Below are positions 36,673-49,942 of a DNA stretch of 64,000 nucleotides, piece after piece (the first letter of the stretch is position 1; each line of letters starts with the position of its first letter). A program made the translations under genes and the position numbers. The stretch is from Hydrolagus colliei (Eukaryota), in NCBI GenBank assembly GCA_035084275.1, contig CM068747.1:4588001-4652000 (forward strand), read 5' to 3'. The notes under the pieces were generated by a model that was not told where the DNA came from, did not search any database, and worked only from the letters and a program-made list of their open reading frames with translations.

Positions 36673-37559
36673 GGTTTAATTTCGAAGCTTTTTTTTGCGG
36701 TTCTGGAAAAATAACAACCGCTTGGGTGAAAATCATTCTTACGCTCTTGAATCTCTGAATAGTGTTGCAGTATGCACCATTTCTGATCACAGGATCTCAA
36801 GAGAGAAAGACAACAATAAAGCATGGAGGGTCAGGCAAGTAAAACTTGTTTATCCCAATGCCACACAGTTACCATGTATTCAAGTACATCAACGCATGGT
36901 AAATTTCAGTAGCTACTCAAAGTCTAGTTGGAAACAGGCAATTAATAATGAAAACAACCTGGAAATTAGCTCATTGACCTTCTAAATTGATGTAGCAGAA
37001 CTTCTCAGCTGGAGAGAAGTTCAAACAGGTAATGGTGGAGCGGGAGAAAAGACCACCCAACAGTGATTACAGGCTCGGTATTAACATGTGGGAAATGTTA
37101 AGAATGAAAAAGTGACACAAAACCCATTCAAACAATCTTTGGAGATTTCTAACTGAAGGCCAAGGGACATAGCAATGGGTCATAATTTTATACCAAAATC
37201 AGAGATTGCCACTCAAAGTGACCAACACTTAACAGAATTGATGGAAAGAGACTTTTTGAGACGGTTGCTGCTACATAAGCTCCTGAATTCTCACGGGGAC
37301 AGTGTTTTGGGTGCAAGAAATGCACACTTGAATCTCACGACTGTTGTGATTTCCAATCTAAAATTTCACACATTATTAACAAGGAACTATTCCCGGCAAT
37401 GAAAGAGAGGGGAAGGAGGTTCAGGGGTAAGAAGCAACTATTGGAGGCTTCGCGATGGCAAAACAACTAAAGGCAGAGTAGAACCTTGTTTCTGTTTGAC
37501 TATTTTTTACTTCAACCAAAATAAGTTTGATTCTGCAAGTCTGTTCATACTGTACAGAT

Positions 37560-37900
37560 CGATGGATTCCAAGCCCACAGCAGAAATTGATCGCATAGTA
37601 CAGGCTGACACTCCGGTGCAGAACTAAGGGATAGTTGCATGTCAAAGTGCAATCCTTTGGATGATAAATTAAACCAAATTTCCTGTTCGTCTGGAGATTA
37701 AAGATCCAATGGTAGTATCCAAAATGAGATAGACATTTCTCCTGGTATCTTGGCTGACACTCCTTCAATAACTTCATGGCTGTTTGTGCAAATTGATTGT
37801 CGCATATGACTACACAGTTACTAAACTTGTCAAGAATTAACTTGTGAAGTACTGTACTTTGAGAAGTTTTGAGGTTTTTATACCAAGTCAAATGCAAACA
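37560..37900 (+). mobile_element. Old Deu-domain SINE
   Basis: AGGCTGACACTCCGGTGCAGAACTAAGGGA...GGATGATAAATTAAACC...TGTGCAAATTG. Confidence 0.7.
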
Positions 37901-39362
37901 TTTATTTAATTACATAAACGGTGGAATTTTTGTTTTAAAACAAAACTCATAAAGAAATGTCTTCCAATTAAGCCTGAATTCAAGAAATTGAGAATCAACT
38001 CTAAAGCTTTGAAAACCTTAAGTTCAGTCTTAATTTGGAAACTTCTTTTTAAGAGCTGCATAAAACCGACTTCCAATTTACAGTTTAATTTAAGGATTTT
38101 TTTCATAACTCTTCCTAATCTTAAATTTTAAGTCAAAATAAACTTACCAGCTAAAACTAGGTGGAATTTTAGGCCTCAGAAATTATATTCTATTTGTTGT
38201 TTTGCAGGCAGATTGATGTCTTATTGTGGGACATTGCAGTGTACAAATTGAGTGACACACTTGCCTACAAACTACACAGTCACTACACTTCACAGAAAAA
38301 TTCTATGGAACACTTTTGAGATTTTGAAACATGTTAAGTCGCTATATCAAATGCAATAATAACAATTTGGCACAAATAGGATAGTGTCACAAATAGTTTT
38401 AGGCAAAGGTGTTGTAGGAAGTCATTATATGAGCATATAAAAATACTGTATACAAAGCAAATCTTATTACACAGTCTTCCACTCAAACTTCTCCAGGACT
38501 CAAGAATGCAGAACCCTTTACCTCCCCGATTTCCACTCCTCCTGTAGTATTCCTTTTCTCCTACAATCTACGAGCTTTTAAATCCTCTTGTCTGATTGAT
38601 TTCTCATCATCTCTCCTACTCTTCCAGCTTTAGTTAGGCCCTCTGCTTGGCCCGTTGGCAGATTTTCCATTAAATACAGTAAAGTGCATTAGGATAACAC
38701 AGTGCATCCTTTCCCTTTCTGAAGAGCTTCACCATAACAGAAGTAACTGGATTTTTAAAAAGTGTATGTATATCAGGACAAGGACAACACAAAGCTTATT
38801 GTTCGCTGATGGCTAAATCGTATCAATAACAGAAACAATTTGAAAGATAATGTTTTTTTTAGCTCCAGTTCCATCTCCCAGAACATAGCGTATAGTTAAG
38901 TCTCCGCCAAATGTCAAACTCTCATAATAAATATTTCCATGAATCTTCTAAACAGGTCTTACTTTCATTTTTAGTGTTGTACGGTGTGCTTTATTTAGAT
39001 GTATCTGTTTGTAGTGAACGCTGCAGTGTACAGGGCTAACCAAGAGTAGTGCTGGATAAGGTTATAGCCAATACTCACACATGAGCCGCTGAAATTCAGG
39101 CTAATTGATAGTTGCTGGCTGCCACTTGCTGGAAATTCCCAGCAATTCGTTTCTGCAGACAACCGTCTGGCTTTCCATGTGGAAAAACTTTCTGCTCATT
39201 CCTTTGCCTTTCTTCAAAGCCAACTCAAGAATTCATCAAGGGTTCCATTTGTTTGTCAGGTGATGTTGCGTGTGGACTTGATTCTGAGCAGTTAGAGCGC
39301 TCCTCAGCGTCCCTCTTGAGTGGTCTCGGAGAAATGCTGTCACTTATCGTGGAGTGGAGCAG

Positions 39363-40180
39363 TGGGGTTCTGTAGCTCTGTGGTTAGAGCACTCGCCTTA
39401 CAAGCGTGAGGCCTGTGTTCGAATCCAGGCAGTCCGAAACCGTGGGCACGTTTCCTTACTCCACACGCCTCATAATAATCTCTCAAAAAAAAACTATGAT
39501 AAATTGGTCATTTAAATCCAAGACTATTTTGGGGTCACTGGCTCTATGTAATTGGCTGCCACGTTTCACCCACAAATATACAACAACAACAACAAAATTG
39601 CACTTATATAGCGCCTTTCACATCAGGAGGACGTCCCAAAGCGCTGAACAGTCTGGTCGGGACCCGAGTGGGGTGTGTGGGGGTCGGGGTAGGGGGAAGA
39701 GGAAGGAGAGTGGGAAGAGTTAGTGGGGCAGCCGAAGGCGCGGTTGAAGAGGAAGGTCTTGAGACCGGCCTTGAAGGAGGAAAGAGAGGAAGCGAGGTGA
39801 AAGGGCTGTGGGATGGAGTTCCAGAGTGTGGGAGCAAAGAGGCTGAAAGCCCGGTCGCCGATGGTCGGGCGGTTAGGGCCCAGAGCAGGCCTGAGTCTGC
39901 TGAACGGAGAGTGTGGGCAGGCTGATAGGGAGACAGCAGGTCAGAGAGATAGGCGGGTGGGCAAGGCCGTGAATGGGCTTGAAAGTGAGGACAAGGATCA
40001 TGAATTTGATCCTCTGGGTGACGGGGAGCCAGTGGAGACGGGCGAGGGTGGGAGTGATGTGGTCACGAAGATGATTCACTTTACAGTAATTCACTTTACA
40101 GTATATTCTGTGAAGCGCTTTGAGACGTCCAGAAGACATGAAAAGCGCTACATTAAATCCAAGGATCATTGTTACTATTA
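39363..40180 (+). mobile_element. Dominant SINE split by an antisense L2 3' fragment (39581-40068)
   Basis: SINE head runs to CACAAATATA; then (CAA)n and the L2 on the minus strand (LRDHITPTLARLHWLPVTQRIKF); the SINE tail resumes at ~40074. Confidence 0.9.
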
Positions 40181-42864
40181 TCAGAATCTAGCCAGCTAGA
40201 GATTACATCAACAATAATATTAAATAAGAATAATCAATGTGCTTTATTAATAATAATAATAATAATAATAATCCTGCATTCAATAAAGTGCCTTATCACG
40301 TCATTGCGATTCCATCTAGTTTTAGCCTGTAAGTCTCAAAGCGCTTCACAGAATATACTGTATATTTGGTGACAAAATGATTATAACGCCTTTCACATCA
40401 GGAAGACATCCCAAAGCACTTCACATGGTATAGTGCAAAATGTACTGCCTGAGTATTTCACATGTGAACAGCAGCCAATGTGCGCAGAGCAATGCCCCAT
40501 AAACAGCCATGAAGTGAATTCCCTTCCTGGAAGTGCCAGTGAATTCCCTTGTCATCCAATCCTCGGTAGGTCTGGTGCACATTACAATAGAGCATCAACA
40601 TGACATTTTGTGGTTGGGTGAAAAGGAGCTTTTTTATTATTCCAAATCGCCCACAAAAACAATTGTACCTTAACAGCAATCATAGCATTCCAAGCAGAAA
40701 GAGACTACACAATAATAATCCTTGCATTTGATACAGCATCTTATTTTGTCATCGAGATGTCTACCAGGATATACTGTAAAGTGTACAAGCTGTGTATGCC
40801 TATCAAGTATAGTGCTAACCTAACCTTTTTATTATTGTTTCCACACTTTCAGCGGACCCCCAATCACAATCTCAACACAAAGAGAAGGCAGAATCACCAT
40901 TGCTGAGGTAGACACTCCATTTGTTATGTGTCCCAAACTAGCGAATACGTTAACATGCCGAACCACTGTCATCTTGTGCCACGCAGATAAATCTGCCCCC
41001 AATGTCTTCAGAAAGTGCCCAGCTAAGCAATGTGGCTGCCTGCATGGTTAAGTTCACTTTGGCAAATGATCAATTCTCAATATAAACAGTCAAATTACCT
41101 CAAATATTCCATCTGAGTCACATTAAATTACATGGTTCAACTTGCTTTCATTTATGTAAAAGGGTGCCCTATAATTTTTTAATGAAAATAATTATTTCTG
41201 ACAAATTTCTGACAGTTCTAGGGCTATCCGGATGGAAAGTCCAATGATCTAACTTTACTGTGTTGCCTGCATACAGCATGTCCTATTACTTGGGATTTTT
41301 GTTTCCCAGGATAGGGGTTTCCCTAGTAATACCCACATCCTTTGTCTGAGATGGTGAATGAGCGATTTATTTTAAGGCTCTGACAACTCCAGATGCGAAA
41401 ATTGTCCGCGATGAAATTCTGAATGTGTTTTTCTCAGTTTTCTTGCTCTCCCCTTGCCATTGCTTGACATGACTGAGATTGGAAACCTAGTCTCGGTACA
41501 ATCCATTTTCTTTACATTTCCCTCTATTTCCCCCACAACACAACATCAAGAATCTTTTGTGTTTTTCCCATATTGATTCGCAGAAAAGAGAACTGGGTAA
41601 GCGGTTCTGCGAACTGCTCCATATCAGATGGACTTTGGACTGACAGTCCAGGTTAACACTGAAATAAAGTGGTGGTGGAATGCTAGATTGTTGGTGATCC
41701 TTCAGATGACATGATATGCTGACTTCAGTTTCACATGTGCAATGATTCTCAATCCATAACACTGGTGCATTTCCTTGCATTCTCTTTTATTTTCTGCTTA
41801 AAACAATGCAACAGCAGTAGCTATCCTTTAAATCTGTAGCAATGTTGGGCCATCTTTCTATTTAAATCACTACCCTTAGTAATAATAAAAATTCTTACAT
41901 TGGATATAGCACGTTTATGTCATGAAAAATCTTCACAGGGCATACTATAAGAGCAATGTTTGTTTATTGGAGATGGATGCTTACTGTAACCCTGAAAATC
42001 CCATTCCCAAATGGATTGTGAGACAACAAAAACAACAACAACAACAACAATAGAACTGAAAATTACAGTTGTTGCAAATGTTTGATTTATACGTTTTTCA
42101 ATCTTCTCCTCAAATCTTCTGAGATCTTAAAGGAAAAGCCAAACACTGAATATCTTCATTCCTCCATAAAATTGCACCATCTGGTGGACAGTGAAGACCA
42201 AGGTAGATGGATCTTTCTGTCAGACAAGAGTTACTCAAACAGGAAATGCGGGGGTAGGTGAGTAATGATTTTTCGTTCCTCTTACAGCAGGCTGCTGGAA
42301 TTCAGGATGCTAATAGCATTGGATCCAAGTTGGCTGTTTTGGGGAAGAAACATTGAGAGGGAAGATTGACTGTGTTCTCATGAAGATGATGAATTGATGT
42401 AAAATAAAATAGAAACTTTTTGAATTGTGTCCTCAACAGCAATGTGAAACATTCCTCCGGTCAGTCATGGTTTGAGGACAGTATCACTTCACTTACAAAC
42501 ACCAGATAAAATACATTTCAATACAAATTTATATTTAGGTAGTGCATTCACATCAGGAGAATGTACCAAGCAGAACTCGATTAAAGAGTCTGGGAGCTCT
42601 AAACCAGATCATGTTTGGGGACCTTTTGTATTATACAACCAGAGAGAGGAAAGGGCCATTAGTGGTATGACATTCCCAGTGCTCTCCGCACTCTCTCATC
42701 AGGTTGTACGAGGTATAAGACAGCACTGAGAGAAATGGCCAGAATGGCGGAGTGGGAGGTGTAAGTCATCAAGTTATGGTGAGATGATAAATCCCACCAT
42801 AACCTCATGGCAACAGATCACCACCACTTCTCAGTGAATCCTCCTCCCTAAAGGGAGAAATAAT

Positions 42865-43168
42865 ATAATAATACGAAGAATTATTCTCGCATTTGATATA
42901 TCGCTTTTCACGTCTTCCAGACATCTCAAAGCGCTTCACAGAATATACTGTAAAGTGAATTGATCGTGTCTTTGTGGGCAAACCGCAGCAGTCAATTGCA
43001 CACAACTGTGTTGTACAAACATCGTGGATTGAAATGGGTTTTTTGAAGGGATTATTATTTAGGCGTGTGGAGTAAGGAAACTTGCCCAAGCTTTCACTCT
43101 GCCTGGAATTGAACCCAGGTCTCTTGCTTGTAAGACAAGTGCTCTAACCACTGAGTTACAGGACTCTA
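42865..43168 (-). mobile_element. Full-length dominant tRNA-SINE
   Basis: Head-to-tail match to the other copies. Confidence 0.9.
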
Positions 43169-45744
43169 CGTGTGGTTGATTGCAAGGAGGCAATCAACCA
43201 CTTCCACCCTCAGACAACAAGGGAGAGAGCAGTTCCCCCTCCTTCCATGTCCCAAGATGGAAACAGTTAATAAATCTTGAGTTCTCAAGTTGGCATTCCA
43301 GAGAGTGGGGGCAGGTAGACTGAAACCAATTTAATAGCACATAGGGCAAGTGACATGAAGCAGGCCAGTACCTGCTGAGCAAATCTAAAATGATAGAACA
43401 AGCCTATTCTAGTTGCTAAACAGAGAAAATAATAATAATCCTTGCAATCGTGATGAGGCACTATATCAAATGCAAGGATTATTATTATAGAAGCATTTCT
43501 GTCTCCAGTAAGGGATATATAACAAATTAATGGTGTAAGGCTGACCCAAGCAGTGGTCAGAGGATAAGTTAAACAAAGCATTAGTTAGGTGATGCTAAAT
43601 TAACTTTTTTTAACAATAACAAGTCGACACAAATAGGATAGTGTCTCAATTTGTTTTAGACAGTAGTGCTGTAGAAGGACTTGAATGAGGGAGGTAAGGA
43701 GTTCAATAGTCTGGACCTCCTGGTATTGAATGAGTTAGAGCAAAAAATATGAATGTCGATACAGGACACAAGGGTGACACGGGACTATAGAGAGATGGAA
43801 TCACGTGTCCAAAAAGAAGATTTAGAAGTTAGGCGAGGCAAAATAATAAAGTTGAGAGGAACGGTATTGATTAAACCAAGAATAAGTAGCTAACTTGAAT
43901 TTTGGACAACATTTAACACAAAATTTATCATCTATTCCTGCAATATAAAATGTAGAGATAGTGAGCCAAGAAACAGCTCACAATAATTAATGTAATGGGT
44001 TCCTGTTGAGAGTTGGACACATAACACATGGCATGGGAAAAGGATTCCAGTGTGTCAAGCCTCTGAGAAGGTTGTTTAATGTTACTGACAGTGCTTTATA
44101 CATTAACTACTGGTGTGGCTGAGTCAGTCGCTGTGGGCAGCTGCTCTGGAAGATTGTGTTCAGGACTCCTGTGCAGAAAGCAAATAAAGCTAGTGAAGTC
44201 ATGACCGAGAAGTAAAATTCCCCTGAACTCCCAACATTATACATACCAGAAGCAAAGCCATGGTGACCACTCATGTTTAAACTCGCAAAAAGTGCTTGTA
44301 AGAAAGCGCTATCCTTCCCGAAGGTGAATGACCCTGAGTTTGTAAGCATTCCAGTGTGATAAGGGTTAGGCTTTCACCCGTCACTATTTTGGGGTAAGCT
44401 GGTGTCTGACACACAGAAAGTTCCTTGTGTCTGGAATGGAATGCTCACTCTCTCCTTGGATGGTCACACCTTCCTTACCTAATTCTGGAGAGCATTAGCC
44501 AGGCTTGCAGAGAGCCAAGTCTTGAGGAGTGTGCATTAGAAAACCACTGGAGTTTAACCAGCTGAAACCCCATAGCTTGCCATTGAAAGCACTGTCTGAC
44601 AAGCTACTCGATTTCCAGCATCTGCACTATTTTGCAGTTTTTGTTTAGGCTTTGGCTTGCAGGGTTAACAGATGAATGGGAAGAATTTGATATACAGTAG
44701 TGCCTTATCATGCCTTGAAGACGTCTTAAAGCGCTTCACAGTGTACAGTGTGCTGTAAAGAGAATTGATTGTGTATTTTGTGGGAAAAACATGGGATTAT
44801 TGAAGGATCGACTAACCGTGTTGTTACTTACTGCTAGGTAAATAAAGGTGTATGGAGTAACAAAACGGGCCCAAGGTTTTATTAACTGATCTACAAGAGC
44901 ACCACCTTTTATAATCCAGTTTAAAAAGTACGGAGGCAGCTCAGCCCATCAACTCTGCAGTTTGTTTTTTCCACAGGTCACCTACAGTCTAATCCCACTT
45001 TCCTGCTTGCTCTCCATGTACTGTAATATATTTCTTTGTCAAGCATCTTTATGGTATACCGTACCTTATTTTGACTAAATGAGTGCTTATCACTGCTAAA
45101 TAATCTTTGAAAACCATTTAACAGTGACATTCACTCTTCGCAATGTCAAACAGTATATTTTCGACGCTGAACTCTAATATGTGACACAAAAACTCCCACA
45201 TATATACAGTTTACAATGTATTCTGGGAAGCCCTTTCAGAAGTGTAGAAGACCTGAAAAGCACTATATCAAATGCAAGGATTATTATATTATTATTACTA
45301 TCTGGAGCTGAGTTTAAAAGTCATTCCATGAATATTAGCTAAACAATATTTACCGTATATCAAAGGGATCCCGTTGTATGTTTTAGCAGCATTAATCCCT
45401 GTTGCCCATGACATAGGCAAGGGATTATTTGAAATGATTTCAATACATTTTATTTGTCAGGCTCTGACCTGAATTTATCATGATTTTCCCCGTGGTGTGC
45501 AGAGAAAGGGAGATGATGAATTATTCCCCAGCTACATGAAGCTAAGTAATTCGAGGGATTTGAATCTCGAGGTTTCTGCTATCACTGCACCCAATCTGCA
45601 CCAAAGGCTAATTTGAATGTTCATTCTCTTGTGACAAACATAAAGTCATTCACGCGGCTGACATGACAGGTGTTAGTAATTGGAGCCAGGAGGAATGGAG
45701 ATAGACAGAATGATTAGATTTTCCACTGGACACTGTAGTGCATA

Positions 45745-46047
45745 TAATAATAATAATCCTTGCAATTGATATAGCTCTTTTCATGTCTTCTAGATGTCTC
45801 AAAGTGCTTCACAGAATATACTCTAAAGTGAATTGACTGTATATATGTGGGCGAAACGTGGCAGCCAATTGCACACAGCAGTTTCCCACAAACAGTCGTG
45901 GATTGAAACAACAATTTTTTTTTGAGTGATTATTATTAGGAGTGTGGAATAAGGAAACTTGCCCAAGGTTTCATCCTGCCTGGAATTGAACCCAGGTCTC
46001 TTGCTTGTAAGGCAAGTGCTCTAACAACTGAGCTACAGGACTCCACA
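45745..46047 (-). mobile_element. Full-length dominant tRNA-SINE
   Basis: Head-to-tail match to the other copies. Confidence 0.9.
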
Positions 46048-46173
46048 TATGCTGTTGGGGCAACAGGTCAGGTTTGAATAAATGTTGGTGTGGTGGCTAG
46101 ATGTCCTCCCGACGTGAAAGGTGCTCTAAAAATGTAATTTTGTTGTTGTTGTAGATAACTTCTTATTACTGTA

Positions 46174-46837
46174 CAGGTATCCCTCCCCAACCACGGGAGG
46201 TACGTTCCTGAAAACCTCCGCGGTTAGTAAAACCGCGGTTGGAAAATACAGGACCCTATGGGAAACATGGGGATAGGGGGAGTAAGTTTGCTTGTCCTTG
46301 AACTGAACACAAAACAATTCATGTTATTTACCTAAATCCTAATGATGATGATGATGATGGGGGAGGTGCTTGTTGCGTGCTGTTACATGGAAGAGGGGCC
46401 CTGCGCACCCGCTTCCTCTGCCTCCTCCTCCAGATCATCAATCATCCATGAGTGCGAGTGGGGGGTGGATGTGGAGAAGGTGGCGTGGTAGGTGACACGG
46501 GGGTGGGGGGGATGTGGAGAAGGCGGTGTGGTGGGTGACACTGAGGAGGGTGGATGCGGAGAAGTGACAATAAATTCATGTTATTTACCTTAATCCTAAA
46601 AGAGAAGCGACATCGTCGCTGGTTGATTGCGACATCACAACTGGGCCAAACGCTAGCGCAAAGTGACATCGTGGCTGGTTGGTGCAACTGGGTCCAAGCG
46701 CGAAACGCTAGTGTTCATGTTAAAACCCGTGGATAAGCAAAACCCGCTGCCGTGGTTAGCAAGGATTATCGCAGCGAGTCAACCGTGGATAAGTGAAATT
46801 AGCGGTACAAAAAAACACAGTTGGGGTGGGGTACCTG
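46174..46837. mobile_element. Non-autonomous Tc1/mariner-superfamily (Tigger/pogo-like) DNA transposon
   Basis: TA|CAGGTATCCCTCCCCAAC ... GTTGGGGTGGGGTACCTG|TA: imperfect TIRs (16/18) and TA target duplication. Subterminal CCG(C/T)GG(T/A)T repeats, CpG-rich. Confidence 0.85.
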
Positions 46838-47399
46838 TATTTCAAATCGATTAGACTTGAGGTTAGCGACAATTTATGCAGACGTTTCCCCTCAGTTTTA
46901 GACAGACATGGCAGGATTAGCCTCTACATTCTCTGTGGAAAGAGAGAACGTAAATAATCCTTACATTTAAAATTGTGCCTTTCAGTCGGCAGGAAGTCTC
47001 AAAGCACTTTACAGAACATACTGTAATGTGTTGTGACTATTTTGCAGGGAAATGTAGGAGCCAATTTATGCAGAGCCATGTCTTTGAAGCGTTGAAGCAT
47101 GATGTTCTTGATGGTCCTTACTCATTCTACCCATTCTTATACTAAGGGAGGGCAGGGTGGAACCTCTATGGAAATAGTGGGCATCAATTAACGAGAGCCA
47201 GACCTATTAGTCAAAACAAATTATGCGAGAAGTGGAAATGCAGTAAAGAGTGAGCATTCAATTCAAACTCTAATATTCTTTTGATCCTTTATTTGTTCTG
47301 GCACTCACATAGTTTTTATTCAGTGGTTTGGGTGATTTTGTATAAATGCTTCAAATCAAAACTCAAAATCTGTGGAGAACTCTTGAGTGCTGTAACAAT

Positions 47400-47612
47400 C
47401 AGCCCAACCTGACACAGCCCAGAGTAACACAGCCCAGCCTAGCCCAGCCTAACACAGCCTAACCTAGCCCTGCCCAGCCAGCAAACCCCAGCCCAGTTTA
47501 CCTTGCCCAGCCTACCCCAGCCCTGACCTGCTAACTCCAGCTCTGACTAGCCCACATTATCCAACCCAGCCTCACCTATCAAGCACAGCCCTATCTAGCC
47601 CAGCCCAAGCTG
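47400..47612. repeat. Degenerate (CAGCC/TAGCC)n pentamer array
   Basis: agcccagcctagcccagcctaacacagcctaacctagccctgcccagcc... Confidence 0.85.
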
Positions 47613-47899
47613 AGGATCTGGCAAGAGTAAGCAAGAATTTCTAGGCATAAATAGATGGGCCAACTAATCTTCCACTTCCAGTGGTTGGGGAGGGGAGGAG
47701 TGGGGGGCGGGAGGTGCGGGTAGTATTCATCTCATTACATTAACAAAAATTTATATTTATATAGTACCCATCACACAGGGAAGCATCTCAGAATGCTTAA
47801 CAGTTTGTCCAGCTAAGACCAGCATGGGTCCTAGCTAGACAAACAGCGGGAAAACTTGCAGGTTCTGCCTTGCCCCTTCCTTCCCCATTTTCAGAACCT

Positions 47900-48220
47900 A
47901 GGTTTGATTTCAGGGTAGGGTGAAACCTCAGGCAAATTTCCTTACTCCATTTGCCTCTCTATACAAAGCAATAAATAGGAACTTTGTATTGTTAGTCGAT
48001 TGGCAGATTGCCATCCGGGAGTAATAATCCCTCCAAAAGGATATGTTTTTGGTAAGTCAATGCAATACCGTTTGTGGGACAATGCTATGTGCAATTTGCT
48101 TCCGCATTTTCCCCAACAAAATACACAGTTAATCCACTTCATAATATATTCTGTGAAGCGCTTTGATATATCTCAACTACGTGATAAGGCACTATATTAA
48201 ATGCAAGGATTATTATTATT
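47900..48220 (+). mobile_element. Older long-form tRNA-SINE
   Basis: Extra segment GCCTCTCTATACAAAGCAATAAATAGGAAC...TTGTTAGTCGATTGGCAGATTGC between the head and the common body. Confidence 0.75.
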
Positions 48221-49164
48221 ACATACCCACCCTCTCAGCCTCCCATAATAGCATCAAGCTATTTATTTTTAATGAGTCCAGTATCCTAGCATTAATAGTC
48301 CTTTCTGGCAACCTGTTCCAGTTGTTATAAATTACCTATAAATTTCATGGCCCAAAAAAATTCCTGGCATCTATATGCAATTGTTCTTTCCAACTTTAAA
48401 CTTATGCGTGCAACTGCTTACCAGATTTGCTACAATTAGCAATCACTAGACTTGACAATAATCAGCCGTGGGAATACTTTCTGGCGTTTCCATGTGATAG
48501 ATGTTATATCAGATACAAGGATTGTTTTTGTCTCACTCATTGCCTTCTCTGTCTGGTTTTTCTACTTTGACAGAAGTGCTCATTGCCCATCTAAAGGTTT
48601 AGAAGGAAAATAAGATGCTAATGTAAGGAATTGTTCTGGGAAAGAGGGCAGGGGCCTTATGCAGAAAAGATGGTGAGCACTGAATTCACAGTAAATTAGC
48701 CATGAAGCATTTGCCATTCACTATTTTATGAAAAGAAGGAAATTCATTTTGACATTAGAGTTGTTTAAAGCATTAAAGAATACTGCAGCACTCTAGTACA
48801 GTAGTTAAAGTATATTTAGCAAAGACTTGCATGTATACCCTCCACTGAACACCTTAAATTGCCGACAGCCATTGAAATCTTTAAGCAGCACTGTGTATAA
48901 GGAGTGAGAGACTTTAAAAAATGTGGAATGAGGTTTGTAAAAGGCAAGTGCTGCCTTCTTATTACCTCTTAAAAAACTTTGGTCAGTTTTGATTTATATA
49001 AATGACCTAGACTTGGGTATTGGGAGCACAATGTCCAAGTTTGCCGGTCACTCTAAGCTAGGAAGAATAGTAAACGATGAGGAGGAGCTGGGTTGTGGGA
49101 TTGATACCTGTACCTCTTTTCAAAGAGCCGGTACAGGCATAATGAGCCAATTGGCTTCCTTTTG

Positions 49165-49942
49165 TGCTGGATGAGAGCTAACTTTCTACAGTTGAATATC
49201 AACAAGACAGAGGCTCTACTGATTGGCTCACACGAGCGCCTTCACGCATCAGGCGCTGGCAGCATCAATCTCCATGGTTGCACACTCAACCTCCCCAAGC
49301 CAGTCAGGAATCTAGGTGTCTTGTTTGACCCTCAACTGTCTTTCTTCCCCCACATCCAAGCCATGACTCGCTCTGCCTTTCCCCATCTCCTCAAAATTGC
49401 CTGACTCCACCACTAATTCACACCCAAATCCACTGAAACCCTCATTCACGCCTTCATTACATCACAGCTCGATTATGCAAACGTCCTGCTTGTCAGCCTT
49501 TCCAATTCCTCCCTCCACAGGCTGCAGATAATCCAGAATTCTGCGGTCCTTGTCTTCCACCATTCCAAACTCCGTGACCCCATCTTCCCCATCCTCGCCC
49601 AACTCCATTGGCTTCCATCATCCAGAGGAGCCAATTCAAGATCCTGGTCCTCACATTCAAAGTCCTCCACAACCTTGCCCCACCCTACATCTGTGACCTC
49701 CTATCCCCTTACCAACCTGCCAGCCTCCTCCGCTCCACGTCTCCCGACCCACCCGCCCCACCATTGGTGGGCGAGCCTTTAGCTACTCTTCCCCCAACCT
49801 CTGGAACTCCATCGCACAATCCCCCCCCTCCCCTCCCCACTGCCCATCCTCAGCTCGGGTCTGAACCAGTGACTATCCGGCGCCTTGGGACGTCCTCCTG
49901 ATGTGAAATTCGCTATGCAAATGTAATTTTGTTGTTGTTGTT
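49165..49942 (+). mobile_element. L2 3' portion, preceded by a CR1 fragment (~48985-49165)
   Basis: WMRANFLQLNINKTEALLIG...VRNLGVLFDPQLSF and a (GTT)n tail. The upstream IYINDLDLGIGSTMSKFA is CR1 RT. Confidence 0.9.

Noticed and set aside
41314-41323. GGGGTTTCCC NF-kB consensus site
   Set aside because: A single degenerate 10-mer is expected by chance in 64 kb; no supporting context.
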